Positions 63,496 through 64,000 of a DNA stretch of 64,000 nt are shown one piece after another; positions within the stretch are counted from its first letter, which is position 1, and each line of letters starts with the position of its first letter. The stretch spans positions 17,640-81,639 of the forward strand of contig CAZRJH010000003.1 in assembly GCA_964600575.1 (NCBI GenBank), in the 5' to 3' direction. The notes under the pieces were generated by a model. It saw only the letters and a program-made list of their open reading frames with translations. It did no database searches and was not told where the DNA came from. The stretch comes from an uncultured Gammaproteobacteria bacterium (GTDB lineage Bacteria > Patescibacteriota > Microgenomatia > UBA8517). The translations under genes and the position numbers were made by a program.

Positions 63496-64000
63496 ATGGC
63501 TGTGAAAATTTCGGTGGTAATAAATACAAGAAATGCGGAAAGCTTGCTTGCCGAGGCAATAACCTCCGTTAAAAAGATTGCAGACGAAGTTGTTGTTTGT
63601 GATATGGAATCGGAAGATGGAACCTTAGACATTGCCAAAAAACTGGGAGCAAAAATTTACAAACATAAAAAAGAGGGATATGTGGAACCTGCCCGTAATT
63701 TTGCCATAAATAAGGCGACAGGTGATTGGGTATTGATTCTCGATGCTGATGAAAAATTAACCCCTCAACTTTTATCGCTGCTTAAAGATAAAGCCTTAAA
63801 TGGAGAAGCCGACTTTTACAGACTTCCCAGGAAAAATCTAATTTTCGGAAAATGGATGAAACATTCAAGGTGGTGGCCAGATTACAATATCAGGTTTTTC
63901 AGAAAAGGTTTTGTAACCTGGAACGAGGTTATTCACTCGGTTCCCATGACAACAGGAAAAGGAGAAGATATTTCGGACTCAGAAGAAAACGCAATTATTC
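63496..64000 (+). CDS. GT2 glycosyltransferase, 5' partial (runs off the window end)
   Basis: Translation MAVKISVVINTRNAESLL..VVCDMESEDGT..ILDADEKL gives GT2-A motifs; no stop before position 64000. Confidence 0.7.
   Translation, partial: MAVKISVVINTRNAESLLAEAITSVKKIADEVVVCDMESEDGTLDIAKKLGAKIYKHKKEGYVEPARNFAINKATGDWVLILDADEKLTPQLLSLLKDKALNGEADFYRLPRKNLIFGKWMKHSRWWPDYNIRFFRKGFVTWNEVIHSVPMTTGKGEDISDSEENAII

Noticed and set aside
1-64000. CRISPR arrays, tRNA/rRNA genes, transposases, integrases
   Set aside because: No regularly spaced direct repeats, no tRNA-like cloverleaf GC patches (apart from the unresolved segment at 1-175), and no DDE or tyrosine-recombinase motifs were seen in any long ORF

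Overview
Gene-dense bacterial window, AT-rich (roughly 35-40% GC by eye). Gene content suggests a small-genome Patescibacteria/CPR-like organism, but that is inference only. TGA is used as a stop and an RF2 gene is present, so the standard code 11 applies, not code 25. Housekeeping anchors I recognise from motifs: secA, ftsE-ftsX followed by an M23-peptidase gene, prfB, trmD, tgt, galE, galU, rmlBCD, an nrnA-like DHH phosphoesterase, an FKBP PPIase and a PEBP protein. Two cell-envelope glycosylation loci dominate the window. Locus I (8.6-18.2 kb) holds GT1 and GT28-type glycosyltransferases, an HprK-like P-loop protein, an EamA exporter and a GT39-like membrane protein, bracketed by two paralogous unknown proteins. 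Locus II (38-64 kb) holds nucleotide-sugar genes, three GT2 polyprenol-phosphate-sugar-synthase-like genes (one fused to GtrA), at least seven polytopic GT-C-like membrane proteins including three GT39-like paralogs, a Wzx flippase and a methyltransferase. Candidates worth a second look: (1) a ~5.7 kb GC-rich (~50-55%) island at 26.6-32.25 kb with six co-directional envelope genes and strong Shine-Dalgarno sites, unlike the rest of the window. (2) A cluster of two Pol-beta-superfamily nucleotidyltransferase genes plus small unknowns at 1.7-5.8 kb, driven by near-identical consensus promoters. (3) Leaderless mRNA architecture (a TATAAT box 6-7 nt before the start codon) at more than eight genes. 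(4) A recurrent CCTATAAT-N-TTGACT(-TTGAG) promoter module, seen five times. (5) A divergent PurA-family protein. (6) An M23 peptidase whose motif order appears circularly permuted. No CRISPR array, rRNA, tRNA, transposase or integrase was recognised. Positions 1-175 are a GC-rich non-coding segment that may be the 3' part of a structured RNA cut by the window edge. All family calls come from motif-level reading of the translations and need HMM or BLAST confirmation.
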